A DNA stretch of 64,000 nucleotides from the NCBI GenBank assembly GCA_964344235.1, contig CAYFMJ010000001.1, forward strand, positions 88,664-152,663, in the 5' to 3' direction. The stretch comes from an uncultured Methanosarcinales archaeon (GTDB lineage Archaea; Nanobdellota; Nanobdellia; Woesearchaeales; GW2011-AR9). Made by a program: the position numbers and the translations under genes. The notes beneath the pieces are model-generated. The model saw only the letters and a list, made by a program, of their open reading frames with translations, ran no database searches and was not told where the DNA came from. Below, piece after piece: positions 35,292-46,217 of the stretch (position 1 is its first letter; every line of letters begins with the position of its first letter).

Positions 35292-38200
35292 CCCATAAAA
35301 GAACCCAAACCAACTTGCTTATCTTTTTCCCTACCGAAAACGGTGTCAACTTGCATTTCTAAGATTTCTAACGTTTGTTTAAGATAGGGAGAAAAGTCAT
35401 ATTTCTTTGCTAGCTCTAAGGAAGGACCAAGGTATTTAATCACAGAACCGTGGGAGATGGTAAAGATAATTTTGCCATTACAAGAAGTACACCTACCGGA
35501 AAGTGGAGGTCTTCTGAATTTGGAGTTACAGCTAACACAGCGGAAACCTTGCATGGAAAATTTCCGTAAGTTACCTTTGATATCTTTCAGAAAGTGTTTT
35601 TGGATAACTAACCGGGCAACGTCACCCATATCAACTGCGCGAACTTTTTGGGCAATATCCATTTGACCAAATAATTTTTCAGTCATCGAGGGAACGGTTT
35701 TATACGCAGAACATTGAACCCCTTTGTTGATGTTATCAACAAAATGAGTATAACCCATTTGCTCATACTGTAATTCTGTTCCTAGTCTATCGCCGATTTG
35801 TTCCACCTTTTTCTGCTCCTCTCCATACTTCACTTCCCACGGATTTTTCATCTCTAACGATGCTTCATACAGTTCAAGAGGGTATTTCCAGACAACGTCA
35901 ACACCGTGCACTTGATCGTCAACCTCTGCTGGGTTAAGAACAGAGGTAAGAACTAACGGTGCGTCCATTGTTTTTGCGCCTCTTCTATCAGGTAGGTATT
36001 GTCGTGAAAAATTGAGGAGAGCATCCATTAGCAACATCACGCATGCTTCATCGCCATCGCAATCCCTTCTCATGCCAGCGTGATAGAGAGGATGAGTAAT
36101 AAGGCCCTGTGTTTCGGAAGAGCCAATTATTCTCCCAACTAGGCCCGCTGAAATGTGTGGTGCTAACCCAATCACGAGATGACCAGCGAGGTCTTCTTCT
36201 TTCGTGATGTTGTAATATCTCTTTTGTCCATATAATTTTACAAGTAATTCATCAACAAAATTCGCAACACGGCTAAGAACTTTCGGTGCGGATTCTTCCA
36301 ACGAATCAAAACCAGGCAGGATAACATCTTGTGGAAACATTTCGAGGACTTGATTTGGGCCTGTTAATTCTTTACCGTGAATGTCTTTATGATACCCGAG
36401 TTCTTTGAGTTTTTCAATGGATGTTTTGATTTCTTTTGGTTTGAAGTGTGTTAAAGGGAGTTCTGTACAATCATAGCGAGTGGTCCCATCTTTGTTAACG
36501 TAGACACGATGTTTTGCCCGTAGTATTCCTTTGGAGAGATGTTCTACAACATGATCTTTGTTTGATGTTCCACGAACGCCTTTGATTAAATCGGGGAGGA
36601 GATTTTCTTTGATTAGTTTCTGGGCATGGTCAAGATAGTATTTTATGTCAATGTCACGTGTTTTAAATGATCTTGTTGGACCGTGACGGCAGGTTTCTTT
36701 ATCAACATCACCGCAAAAGCGACAATGATATTTCTGCTCGCAGTCTTTACTACACTTTTCGCAGACAGCATACACTGTTTCGGAATCGCAGGAAGTGCAA
36801 TAGAATAAAGGGAACGTGCTGCGTACTTTGCCTGCTTTCAACGCTGATTGAAAACTTCGGAGTCTATCTCCCTCGTCACCAACAGGAAACATCACTTGGG
36901 GAGAACCAGTCATGTGGCGCATTTTCGCTTTTTCTGGCCGGCCCATTCGTGCTCCAATAAATGTGCCTGCTTTATCTCTAAGAGTTGTATTACCAAGAAA
37001 ATTAATTACTTCTAATCCATTTTTCTCTGCGACAGTTTCGGAGGAGAGAGTGATTTTCTCCAGGCCTTCTTGGTCTTTGACATCAAAACAAAATGCGAGG
37101 ATTGTTGCTTCTTTCCGTTCTATAACTACATTTTCTTTACTGATAACTTGGTGGGGGATTCCCAATTCTTCTAGAATGCGCTTAGCTCTTGTATGGTGTT
37201 CATTTTGTTGGTTTAGGGGAACAATTATTTTTTTAATGCCTTTTTCGTCGATTTTTATTTTACCTTCTTGCAGCCATTGTTTCACGGTGAGGAGATCTTT
37301 TCCAGAAACAAGCGACCAATAAAAAGTGTAATCTGAGTGTAGTGGAACTGAGAAGGTTTTGCTTATTGTTAGTGCTTCTTCCCACGTTGGCTTTTGAGTC
37401 AAAGGTTTACGAGTGAGGTGGTCAAGACGTTCTGCAGTAATGTTTGTTTCTTTGGCTGCTTTTGCAAGAGGTTCTTGTTCAAAGCGAGTGTTGATTGCTT
37501 TCTCTACTTCTAACGCCCACCATTCTGGGCAATAACCAACTGGAACAAGAGAATGACCGTTCTCTGAGAAGTCTCCATAATTGAAGAGTATGTCGCCAAG
37601 GAAAAGGATCTCTTTAATTTTGGGAAAGTATTGTTTCGCTTCTTGTTCTGTGTTTAATTGTATGACAGAGCCATCTTCTAATGAAACGATGGGGCCATCA
37701 ATCGTTTCGCAGACCATTACTGTCGCTGCTTTTCCGGGTCTCTCAACTTTGAGTTGTGTGCCAATGGCAATGTATTTGTTCAGTACGACAAGAGTTGCGG
37801 GACTAAGAGCACAGGCAGAGAAGCCTGAGTTTCGCGTTCTACCGTAACGTAAACGGAATCCTCCGACGGCAAGAGGGTGAGTTAAGATTGGTCTACCTGC
37901 AACTAGATCCATGATGAATGTGTTGTTTGCTTTAACTTGTTTTTTCGCTGGTTCGTCATCTTTTTTCTCTTTCTTACTGCCGTGAGACGCGTGAATTCTT
38001 TCTTTCAGTGCGAGAAAGTCAGCAAGCCATTCCCATTCTAAATCAAAATCTTTTCCCCATTTCGATAATCGTTTCCATAATTTTGGCGCTTTTTGTGACA
38101 AACCTTCTGCTAATACTAACGCAACACCACCACGGATAAGGTTGGTGTCGATTCTTGGGAGGTCTTTGTAGTTTGATACTTCAAATTTTTCTGTAGGGTC

Positions 38201-38896
38201 ACCGTCAACTTCCACAGGAAGATGGGAGAGGAGAAATTTGAGTTCATCGTCAGAGGGATGGTATTGTAAGTTAGTAATACGTTCGTGGTAATCATGCACC
38301 TCGGCATTGTAACGGTTAATTTCAACTTCTTCCGGGTCGTAGGTAGCATAGCCCATTTTTACTCGTACATAATCGGCAAGAATTACCGAGGTAGAAGAAG
38401 CTGTTCCTCCTGCTGCTCTAATTGGCCCGGCATATTGCAGGGCAAAGTATTCTTTGCCATCTTTTCGTTTTTTGATTTTTAACCCAATAAACCCTTCAAG
38501 GGGAGCGGAAACAATACCGAGTGTAAGGTAGGCGAAGCCAACTCTAATACCTACTTCCATTGCTTCTTGTTTTGTTTCAAATGTACAGAAGGTTTGTTTG
38601 GCAACTTCTTCAGCAATTTTAAAACCAACTCGCCAATCTAGCTGGCCGTATTCTTGTTCAAGTTCAAGAATTCGTTCTGGGATTTTTGTACTCTCAATTT
38701 GTGGAGCAGCTACTGAGATAAGTCCTACAACACGTTCTGCCATGTTTTTTGCTACAGGAATTGGTACTGTTTTCTCTGGGTCAAGGCCTTTTTGGCGGGC
38801 TTTCGCAGCGAGGTTATAGCAATCTTTAACAGTAGTGTCTATTGATTTGAAATATTTCTGCATGGTGGGGGTTGCTGCGACGTCCATTTTATCCAA
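35288..38896 (-). CDS. polD2: DNA polymerase D large (catalytic) subunit DP2
   Basis: 1202 aa. Cys clusters (CPEWW..., CTSCDS...CEKCS, CRFCGD...CRHG). Overlaps DP1 in the operon. No intein. Confidence 0.9.
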   Translation of the reverse strand: MDKMDVAATPTMQKYFKSIDTTVKDCYNLAAKARQKGLDPEKTVPIPVAKNMAERVVGLISVAAPQIESTKIPERILELEQEYGQLDWRVGFKIAEEVAKQTFCTFETKQEAMEVGIRVGFAYLTLGIVSAPLEGFIGLKIKKRKDGKEYFALQYAGPIRAAGGTASSTSVILADYVRVKMGYATYDPEEVEINRYNAEVHDYHERITNLQYHPSDDELKFLLSHLPVEVDGDPTEKFEVSNYKDLPRIDTNLIRGGVALVLAEGLSQKAPKLWKRLSKWGKDFDLEWEWLADFLALKERIHASHGSKKEKKDDEPAKKQVKANNTFIMDLVAGRPILTHPLAVGGFRLRYGRTRNSGFSACALSPATLVVLNKYIAIGTQLKVERPGKAATVMVCETIDGPIVSLEDGSVIQLNTEQEAKQYFPKIKEILFLGDILFNYGDFSENGHSLVPVGYCPEWWALEVEKAINTRFEQEPLAKAAKETNITAERLDHLTRKPLTQKPTWEEALTISKTFSVPLHSDYTFYWSLVSGKDLLTVKQWLQEGKIKIDEKGIKKIIVPLNQQNEHHTRAKRILEELGIPHQVISKENVVIERKEATILAFCFDVKDQEGLEKITLSSETVAEKNGLEVINFLGNTTLRDKAGTFIGARMGRPEKAKMRHMTGSPQVMFPVGDEGDRLRSFQSALKAGKVRSTFPLFYCTSCDSETVYAVCEKCSKDCEQKYHCRFCGDVDKETCRHGPTRSFKTRDIDIKYYLDHAQKLIKENLLPDLIKGVRGTSNKDHVVEHLSKGILRAKHRVYVNKDGTTRYDCTELPLTHFKPKEIKTSIEKLKELGYHKDIHGKELTGPNQVLEMFPQDVILPGFDSLEESAPKVLSRVANFVDELLVKLYGQKRYYNITKEEDLAGHLVIGLAPHISAGLVGRIIGSSETQGLITHPLYHAGMRRDCDGDEACVMLLMDALLNFSRQYLPDRRGAKTMDAPLVLTSVLNPAEVDDQVHGVDVVWKYPLELYEASLEMKNPWEVKYGEEQKKVEQIGDRLGTELQYEQMGYTHFVDNINKGVQCSAYKTVPSMTEKLFGQMDIAQKVRAVDMGDVARLVIQKHFLKDIKGNLRKFSMQGFRCVSCNSKFRRPPLSGRCTSCNGKIIFTISHGSVIKYLGPSLELAKKYDFSPYLKQTLEILEMQVDTVFGREKDKQVGLGSFMG

Positions 38897-40613
38897 AGCG
38901 TAGTACTTTCACCTCTCTCGTTTTAAGGTTGACTGCTGGTACTCTTGATGGTTCGGGATCGTGACCGAGCTTTTCCTGAAAGGAAGTCATGCCCTGCCAA
39001 CAACTACCACAAATCATTGTGACCCCTTTGTAGTTAGCAACAGTAGAATAATGAATGTGACCCGTAATAAGGAAATCCGGGATCTGTTTGATTAGCAATG
39101 GATCTTCTTTGTGGGAAGGGTAGTAAGGCGTTGATTTAAATGAGGGAGCGAGGTGCCTGCGTTTAAGAAGAAATTTCATAATTAAATCAGAGCGGTGATA
39201 ACCTCCGTTCATTCGAATTGATTCAACATTAGCAACATAGTAGTCAAAACTGAAGCCGTGGTATAATAAAATGTTGAAGCCTTCGAAGTCTTTTGTTTTG
39301 CCGATATTAACGTAGGAAGGATTTGTAACGAGAGTGGCATTTGGGAGATCAAATAACGTGGGAGCAAATTTCTGGTAAAAAACAGGTTGAGGTTCTGCTA
39401 AATGAACCATGTCATGATTTCCAGGGCACATAATGATTTGTTTATCTTGCGGAATCTGTTTCATTAATCGGGCGAATTCCGCATATTGTTCTTTGATATC
39501 TGTAATGTCAAGTTCCTGTTCGTGAGAGGGGTAGATACCAACACCATCGACTAAGTCCCCAGCAATGATAATATATTTTGTTTTCCTCGCAATGTCACGT
39601 TGTTCTTCATTTCCTGCTTCTCCACGAACCCAACGGAGGAAACGGTTAAAGTCGTCAGTGAGAAAATATCTTGAACCAACGTGAATATCGGAAAGGAAGA
39701 TTGCATATTCTTCTTTGGGGCCTTTTTTCATTTCGTTATGACTAGGGATGTCTGGCCAGATGATATTGTCAGCAAAAATTATTTTATCTCCTGTTGTGCC
39801 AGAAACGCCAATCACTTCATCAACGACGAGATCTTTTGCTAGAGGATACAGTTCACGATTGTTTTTTGAGACGAATACTTTGATTCTACCTGTAGGGTCT
39901 TCTATTGTTATCATAATATTGCCATTTCGTGTTTCACCAATCTCTTCGACTACCCCAATAACTGCTGCTGATTCACGTTCTTTTTTGTGAAGCACACGAG
40001 AAATACTGGCGGTTGATTGTAATTCACGATGATTACGGAGAATGCTTTCCAAGAAGCGGTAGCGGGAAGTGAAAAAGTTTGTGAAGTCTCTGATAGTGTA
40101 TTTATGTGGAATGTTTTCGTAGGATAGGATGACCGTTACTGCAGAGGTGGTTGAGAGTGAAGAGGAGAGAGAGGTGGTTTGTTGTAGCGCTTCAATATTT
40201 TTTTCAGGCTGAATAATCATGGCTTCTGTTTCGAAGGAAGTTGCTGGCGTGTCTTCAGCAAGTGCTGTTTCAAGGCTTGAGATTTCTGTTGTCGGTTGTT
40301 GTATTTTTGAAGGGATTTTAAGAAGTAAGGATGATTTACTTGTTTCTTGTAAATGGGATTGGTACAGTTCGTCATCTCGTTCTTTTTCTGCATCAACACG
40401 AAGTTTATCTGTTTCATACCAATCAATAAGTGTTCCTTGTTGATTAAGGATGACTGAGTAATCGGAGTTAAGGACGAGTAGGTCTGCTTCGGATTCAATT
40501 TTTTCGAAGAGAGATTCGTCAAAGTTATCAAGCATTTCTTGGTTTAACAAAATACCCTTCTCAAAGAGTTGTTCAATCAGTTCCTGTTTTTTCTTTGATA
40601 ATTCTTCTGGCAT
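38889..40613 (-). CDS. polD1: DNA polymerase D small (exonuclease) subunit DP1
   Basis: Calcineurin-like phosphoesterase motifs: IAGDLVDGVG, GNHD and HIHY. 574 aa. Confidence 0.9.
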   Translation of the reverse strand: MPEELSKKKQELIEQLFEKGILLNQEMLDNFDESLFEKIESEADLLVLNSDYSVILNQQGTLIDWYETDKLRVDAEKERDDELYQSHLQETSKSSLLLKIPSKIQQPTTEISSLETALAEDTPATSFETEAMIIQPEKNIEALQQTTSLSSSLSTTSAVTVILSYENIPHKYTIRDFTNFFTSRYRFLESILRNHRELQSTASISRVLHKKERESAAVIGVVEEIGETRNGNIMITIEDPTGRIKVFVSKNNRELYPLAKDLVVDEVIGVSGTTGDKIIFADNIIWPDIPSHNEMKKGPKEEYAIFLSDIHVGSRYFLTDDFNRFLRWVRGEAGNEEQRDIARKTKYIIIAGDLVDGVGIYPSHEQELDITDIKEQYAEFARLMKQIPQDKQIIMCPGNHDMVHLAEPQPVFYQKFAPTLFDLPNATLVTNPSYVNIGKTKDFEGFNILLYHGFSFDYYVANVESIRMNGGYHRSDLIMKFLLKRRHLAPSFKSTPYYPSHKEDPLLIKQIPDFLITGHIHYSTVANYKGVTMICGSCWQGMTSFQEKLGHDPEPSRVPAVNLKTREVKVLRFG

Positions 40614-40647
40614 TGTAGTTTTTGCAGTTTGTTAATTTGTTTTGGTT

Positions 40648-41850
40648 TTATGTGATCTGTAATGATTTTTCCAATAGTTCTCTCAGTTTTATAGTGAGGT
40701 TTTCTTCTAGAGGGCAGGTGATTTCTCGCGTTCTGCCATAACGACCTTTGGAAATTATTTTGGCGTTAATGATACCGAGCATGTCAAGTTCCGCTAGAAT
40801 GTCTGAGATCCGTCTCTGTGTAAGAACGTTGAAACTTGCTTTTTTACAAATAGAAGAGTACACATCATAAATTTCCCCCGTAAAAAAGCGACGTTTCTCG
40901 GGAGCGATAAGAAGTATTGAATAGAGAACTGTCTGAAATTGTTTTGGTTGACCTAAAGCTGCGCTTACGATTTTATCTGACTCTACTTTTTGTTCGGCTT
41001 CGTCAAGATGTTGGATTTCAATATTCGAAGAACCTTTGCGCTCAGCTAATTCTCCGGCAACTCGAAGTAGATCTATCGAGCGACGAACATCACCATGTTC
41101 ACGAGCGGCGTAGGCAGAGCATTTTTCGATGACTCCTACTTGAATAACGCTCTCTTGAAACGCTATAGCAGACCGTTTACGGAGAATATCTTGAATTTGG
41201 AGTGCATTATATGGAGGGAAGATAACTTCTTCCTCTGATAATGAAGATTTAACCCGAGGATCGAGGTTTTCTGCAAAAATGAGGTTGTTGGAAATCCCAA
41301 TAAGACAAATTTGCGAGCGACGAAGCTCCGCGTTGATTCTTGTTAAGTTATAGAGAATCTCATCCCCTATTTTTTTTGTTAGTTGATCGATTTCATCAAG
41401 TACAAGAAGAACAATTTGTTCTTGTTGATCAAGTAATTGGTAGAATGTACTATAGACTTCATCAGTGGGTAAGCCTGTTGAGGGAACTTCTTTACCAAAT
41501 TCTTTGATTAATTGGGCGAGTAAGCGGTATTCAGTATCGGCAACCCTTTTTAATTTGCAGTTGAGGTAGATTGGTTTAAGAGGAACTCTATTTTTTTCTG
41601 CTATCTCTGCCATGGAAGTGAGAATATGTTTCATAGAAAGGGTTTTGCCCGTTCCTGTTTTGCCATAAATGAAAAGGTTAGAAGGGCGTTCCATCCTCAA
41701 AGCTGGAGCAAGAATATTCGCGACCTCCTGAATTTGTTCTTCTCGAAAAAGAACGTTATCAGGCATATAGGATGAAAGAAGAGCTGATTTATCGTTGAAC
41801 AGAGAATCCTTTGCTAGAAAGTTTTCGAAAAAGTTACCTATTTGTACCAT
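40648..41850 (-). CDS. cdc6: Orc1/Cdc6 replication initiator
   Basis: AAA+ Walker A GKTGTGKT. Walker B LVLDEID. C-terminal winged helix. Adjacent to the AT-rich origin. Confidence 0.9.
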   Translation of the reverse strand: MVQIGNFFENFLAKDSLFNDKSALLSSYMPDNVLFREEQIQEVANILAPALRMERPSNLFIYGKTGTGKTLSMKHILTSMAEIAEKNRVPLKPIYLNCKLKRVADTEYRLLAQLIKEFGKEVPSTGLPTDEVYSTFYQLLDQQEQIVLLVLDEIDQLTKKIGDEILYNLTRINAELRRSQICLIGISNNLIFAENLDPRVKSSLSEEEVIFPPYNALQIQDILRKRSAIAFQESVIQVGVIEKCSAYAAREHGDVRRSIDLLRVAGELAERKGSSNIEIQHLDEAEQKVESDKIVSAALGQPKQFQTVLYSILLIAPEKRRFFTGEIYDVYSSICKKASFNVLTQRRISDILAELDMLGIINAKIISKGRYGRTREITCPLEENLTIKLRELLEKSLQIT

Positions 41851-42539
41851 ATAATCCCCTCGTTTTTTGCTAAATGTGGTAAGCGAATACCAGGAACCCC
41901 CTTATTTCCTGTGGAAACTTGTATTCTGCTTTTGTTTTGGGTAACAATTTTTCATGAATGATGTGTAGTGTTACCCAAATGAGTGTATTGGTGTTACCAA
42001 GACACCTTAATTTCTTATGGAAGTAGTTTAAATAGTTATTGCTGGATTAATGAGTAGTAACTAATAGGTGTTCTTGAAAATATTTTTTAGGAAAATTGTT
42101 TTTGAGTTAACGGAATTTGTTGTTGTGTTGTTCTTTTTGCTTTATTTTTTATCATTTATTTGTTATTTTATTGTTATAATTATATATTATATTATTATTT
42201 TCAATATAGAAATAATATAATAATAATAGAGAGCAAAGTGCTTGAATGAAAATTGAATTTTGTTTTTTGTTGTTGTAGTTGAGTTTCCATGTGAAATTAT
42301 TTCATTTATTATTATTATTGTTTAAGGTATGTAATAGTAGTAGTAGGGACGTGTATTATGCAACAAACAAACAGTCTGATTTTTTTCAAAATTACATTTT
42401 CCATAAGAAATGAAGGGGTGCTGCTTACTACACTAGCGTTTTCTACGACTATTTCTCTTTGTAGTGTAGGCAGACGGACTTTTTCTACTGAGTTTAGTAT
42501 ATAAAAACATTTAAATAGTTTTAAGAGGGTATTTCCAGC
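41851..42539. other. Chromosomal replication origin (oriC): mini-ORB boxes flanking an AT-rich DNA unwinding element
   Basis: ORB-like TTCCTGTGGAAAC at 41905-41918. Inverted pair tttcttatggaag (42011-42023) and ttccataagaaa (42397-42410). An 80-85% AT tract with tta/tag triplet runs at 42121-42340. Directly upstream of orc1/cdc6. Confidence 0.65.
42497..42509 (+). promoter_or_regulatory. TATA box (agtatataaaaac) for the 42540 gene
   Basis: About 30 nt upstream of the ATG. Confidence 0.35.
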
Positions 42540-43400
42540 ATGGTTCTTGAATCATTATTTAATCCATTTACTGTTAAGAAACGCCCACTCCATATGTTTG
42601 GAGCTGGTTTTCTGTATGCAGTTGTTGCATTATTTCTTTCATACTTTGTGTTTAGAGAAGGTGCAGGGCTATTAATGGTGTTTCTGATAGTGATGGCGAC
42701 ATTGCCAACGTTGTATCAAACTATTAAGAATGAAGAGGAGTTAGATTTACAACTTGAGGGGGAATGGAGATTGTTAAAGGAGCATACGAAAGTACTTGTG
42801 TTTTTTATGTTTCTGTTTTTAGGAATTACTGCAGCATTAGCGATGGCGTATGTGTTCCTACCACAGGGAATGATTGATGGAGTGTTTCATTTACAACAGG
42901 AAGCAATTGTTAGTGTGAATCAGCAAGTACAGGGGGTAGCAGAAGTTACAGGGGATATTACAAAGTTTGGTTTATTTGGGAAAATTTTTTTGAATAACAT
43001 TAAAGTTCTCTTTTTCTGTTTGATTTTTTCGTTTTTGTATGGAACAGGCGCGATATTTATCTTAACGTGGAATGCTTCAGTGATAGCGGCAGCAATGGGG
43101 AATGTTGTAAAAGCAAAGATTGGGGCAGCGGGAGCGATGGTTGGTTTTGGCGGTATTGCGACATATTTTAGTGCAGCTGCGTTTAGTTTCTTTCGGTATA
43201 TGACGCATGGTTTGTTGGAGATTGCAGCGTATTTTGTCGCTGGTTTAGCAGGGGGAATTATTTCTATAGCGTTGATTAAACATAACTTGAAAGAGGAGAA
43301 AGTGTTAGTTGATGCAGTTGATTTAGTGTTAATAAGCTTGGGTTTACTTGTAGTAGCGGGAGTTGTAGAAGTCTATGTTACTCCTCTGTTGTTTGCTTAG
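42540..43400 (+). CDS. Polytopic membrane protein (SpoIIM/DUF95-like)
   Basis: About 6 TM helices. Resembles stage II sporulation protein M-family membrane proteins. Confidence 0.35.
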   Translation: MVLESLFNPFTVKKRPLHMFGAGFLYAVVALFLSYFVFREGAGLLMVFLIVMATLPTLYQTIKNEEELDLQLEGEWRLLKEHTKVLVFFMFLFLGITAALAMAYVFLPQGMIDGVFHLQQEAIVSVNQQVQGVAEVTGDITKFGLFGKIFLNNIKVLFFCLIFSFLYGTGAIFILTWNASVIAAAMGNVVKAKIGAAGAMVGFGGIATYFSAAAFSFFRYMTHGLLEIAAYFVAGLAGGIISIALIKHNLKEEKVLVDAVDLVLISLGLLVVAGVVEVYVTPLLFA

Positions 43401-44083
43401 AGAACTTTGACTTTACCAGGTTGGTTTTGGAAGATGTCTCCTTTCTCTAACATTTTTTCAAGCATCTTTTCTGTATCTGGCACTGTAGATTCAGCAATAA
43501 CGGTTTCTATTAACACTCCCTCTCCTTCGTCGAGCGTTTCAATAAGTTTTGCAATTTTTTCAAATGGCGGAATGTTTTCCGCTGGTTCTTGAATAATCTC
43601 TACGGAGGGTGTTGGTTTGGGAGTTTGTTGGGAAGGTTCCTCTGCTGTTTCTTTAGGAGGTTCTGTTACTTGTGTTGTTTGCTGTGTTGGCATTGTTTTT
43701 TGTAATTCCAATGAACGTAACTTTAACCATAAAGGATCAAGTTTTTTGATAATTTCTGGAGAAAGGTACTTTTCTTCGTTATATACTCTTACTTTCCCAA
43801 CAGCAAGTACGATGCTTCCAACAGTAAGGGCATCAAAGTGTTTGTTTTCCTCAAAAGAACGCGCAGTAAGAGTCGAGGTTCCGTCATCTAGAAGGAATGT
43901 TGTTATGGTTCCTGCTTTTTCTTTCTGGACAATTGTTGCAATAATATTAACACGGTATAATTTTTCACTGGTTTCTGTTAAAAGGTAATTATGTTCTTCC
44001 GCTTCCTGGACAAACGTTCCTGCCGTAATGTTCCGAATAGTTGTTTTACATGCAACGTGCCTTCTATATTTTGTTGTTTCCAT
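43397..44083 (-). CDS. OB-fold plus C-terminal winged-helix protein (RPA32/Stn1-like), translationally coupled to MCM
   Basis: Central OB-like beta region (YRVNIIATIVQKEK...VLAVGKVRVY). An acidic/Pro-rich linker. A C-terminal wH-like segment. Its start shares a nucleotide with the MCM stop. Confidence 0.45.
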   Translation of the reverse strand: METTKYRRHVACKTTIRNITAGTFVQEAEEHNYLLTETSEKLYRVNIIATIVQKEKAGTITTFLLDDGTSTLTARSFEENKHFDALTVGSIVLAVGKVRVYNEEKYLSPEIIKKLDPLWLKLRSLELQKTMPTQQTTQVTEPPKETAEEPSQQTPKPTPSVEIIQEPAENIPPFEKIAKLIETLDEGEGVLIETVIAESTVPDTEKMLEKMLEKGDIFQNQPGKVKVL

Positions 44084-46104
44084 TATAACCGCTGGATAAA
44101 GCCCCTCTTTGGTTCGAAGATGTCACCGGAGCGCCGAAGTTTTTCAAGCAATTCTTCAACTTTATCTTGTGGGATGTTTTTTTCTTGCGCTGCTTCGATG
44201 ATGTTTTCAACAGGAATAATTTTACTGGATAATTGCTCTTCCATCGCACTAATAATTTCTTTAATAGAACTAATACCTCCTCGTTGCGTAGCAGTGATTC
44301 TGCTGCTTAGTCTATCGATATCAATTTGTCCAGTTTCGGAATCTTTGGCAATTTGATTTAAACAATAGTCAACAAGCTCAATGGCTTTCTGTGCATCAAC
44401 TTTTGTTACTTTTTGTGCCAAGCGAATTTTGGCAGCAGCTTCAGCTAGTCTAACGAGCCCTTCCAATTGACGGGCGGTAATAGGAATACTTTTGACTCCA
44501 CTTTCATCTGAAATTCCAGAGTTACGCATTTTAACATAGTATTCTTTAATCTCTTCGATTGCTTCGTCAGTAATTTGTGGTTGAATTCTCTGACGAACAT
44601 AGGAAAAATATTTTCGTAGTAGCTCCGTTGGAATTTCAGACATACCTTTCTCAGGGTTTTTGTGTAGGCCAAGAATAAACGAAGCGGTTCGTTCATCTTT
44701 TTCCCGACTCGGCATGTCTTTTACTGGAAAAATGAGGTCAAACCGGTTAATTAATGTTGGAGGAAGGTTAATTTGGTTGGCAATTAAGTCGTAGGGGTCA
44801 AACCGGCCAAACTTTGGATTTGCTGCAGCAATAACAGTGGTTTCACAGCGTAAAGTTGCTTGGATATTTGCTTTAGAAACGCTCACGGTTTGCTGCTCTA
44901 ATGCTTCGTGTAGGGCGGAACGATCCTCTTTGGTCATTTTATCCATCTCATCAATAACTGCAAAGCCTTTATTTGCTAATACTAATGTTCCTGCTTCTAA
45001 ACTCCAGCCACCAAGGAATTCATCTTTGACGACACTTGCTGTTAGACCGGCAGCAGTTGCGCCTTTTCCTGAAGTGAACCTCGCTTTTGGAGCAACTTTT
45101 GTGATTCGTTTAAGAAGTTGTGATTTCCCTGAACCAGGATCTCCGATCAGAAGTACGTGCATATCCCCTCTTGTAATGACACCATCAGGACGGACTTTCC
45201 GACAACCACCTGCTAGTTGTAAAACAAGCGCTTCTTTGATTTTATCGTGCCCATAAATGGAAGGGGCGATGCTGGAAGAGATCATGTTAAGTGGATTTTC
45301 ACCGGCAGCAATTTCTTTGATTTGTTCCAAGTCTTTGTCAGAAATTTTCATATCAACGGAATCATCTTGCACTGGTTCAACGAAATTAGATTCCAAGATT
45401 AAATCGTATTTTGTTGCTTTCCCTCCAGAACGGAGAGTGATGGGAACTTCAGTTACCCAGCCGGAAAGAATAACTCTCGACCCAGGACTTGATTTCCGTT
45501 CTGAAATTGGAGACACAAGATCATCTTTAAGGAAGACGTTGATCCGTTTAGGTTGTGCTCCGTCTAACTCATCCGGTGCTTCTTCTAGCACTAAACCTTG
45601 GCCGTCAACAAGTTCTTTTGAAATTTCTTTGAACTTTCCTTTTCTACCGCAGCCACATCGTGTTGGTTCTTTGTATTTCTGATCTAACTGCAGGACGTTA
45701 AGAATATTACCGCAGGAAGGGCATTCAAACTTGGCAGCGGTTACATGGGGCCGTACATTAGATTTTTGCCGGACAATGCCTTCCATCCAGACAAATTTTT
45801 CAAGATGTTTACTTCGCACCTCGCTAATCAAAATTTTCTGTGACTCTGGCAGGTTTTTGAGCCTGACTGTGAATTTAGTGATTTTTTTTGGAAGGTCAAA
45901 TTCTTTGACTGCTATCTCTGCTGCTTTAAGAAGTTCTTGTGGGGCTTCCAGGAGTTCGTCTGTGATGTCGGGGTTGAATTTAAGAAGTTCTGCAAAGTCT
46001 AATACTAAATATGTTTGGCCTTTACGAACTGCTTCAAGAAGTTGTGGATGATAATTTTGTTCGATAAATTCTCTAAATACTTTAATTTGTTCGTCGACGT
46101 CCAC
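44083..46104 (-). CDS. mcm: MCM replicative helicase
   Basis: Zn finger CPSCGN...CGCG. Walker A GDPGSGKS. Walker B IDEMDKM. Arginine finger region. 673 aa, no intein. Confidence 0.9.
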   Translation of the reverse strand: MDVDEQIKVFREFIEQNYHPQLLEAVRKGQTYLVLDFAELLKFNPDITDELLEAPQELLKAAEIAVKEFDLPKKITKFTVRLKNLPESQKILISEVRSKHLEKFVWMEGIVRQKSNVRPHVTAAKFECPSCGNILNVLQLDQKYKEPTRCGCGRKGKFKEISKELVDGQGLVLEEAPDELDGAQPKRINVFLKDDLVSPISERKSSPGSRVILSGWVTEVPITLRSGGKATKYDLILESNFVEPVQDDSVDMKISDKDLEQIKEIAAGENPLNMISSSIAPSIYGHDKIKEALVLQLAGGCRKVRPDGVITRGDMHVLLIGDPGSGKSQLLKRITKVAPKARFTSGKGATAAGLTASVVKDEFLGGWSLEAGTLVLANKGFAVIDEMDKMTKEDRSALHEALEQQTVSVSKANIQATLRCETTVIAAANPKFGRFDPYDLIANQINLPPTLINRFDLIFPVKDMPSREKDERTASFILGLHKNPEKGMSEIPTELLRKYFSYVRQRIQPQITDEAIEEIKEYYVKMRNSGISDESGVKSIPITARQLEGLVRLAEAAAKIRLAQKVTKVDAQKAIELVDYCLNQIAKDSETGQIDIDRLSSRITATQRGGISSIKEIISAMEEQLSSKIIPVENIIEAAQEKNIPQDKVEELLEKLRRSGDIFEPKRGFIQRL

Positions 46105-46217
46105 GTAAACCCCCCTTACTTTTGTTGTATTCTACCAAAAAATAGATTATTTAAAGATTTAGGTGGTATTTCAGAAGGGTTTTTATTGGAAAAAATAAGA
46201 ATGAAAAAATAAGAAAT

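Noticed and set aside
35457-38819. Multiple antisense ORFs inside polD2 (for example 36912..37322, 37581..37847) and inside other large genes (62756..63286, 13469..13786, 16549..17019)
   Set aside because: They are opposite to or out of frame with strongly supported genes. Their composition is Ser/Arg/Cys-rich, typical of antisense frames.
42121-42340. AT-rich tract with att/agt triplet runs that superficially resembles a repeat array
   Set aside because: There are no regular repeat-spacer units. The position between orc1/cdc6 and the ORB-like boxes fits a DNA unwinding element of oriC, not a CRISPR or a satellite.
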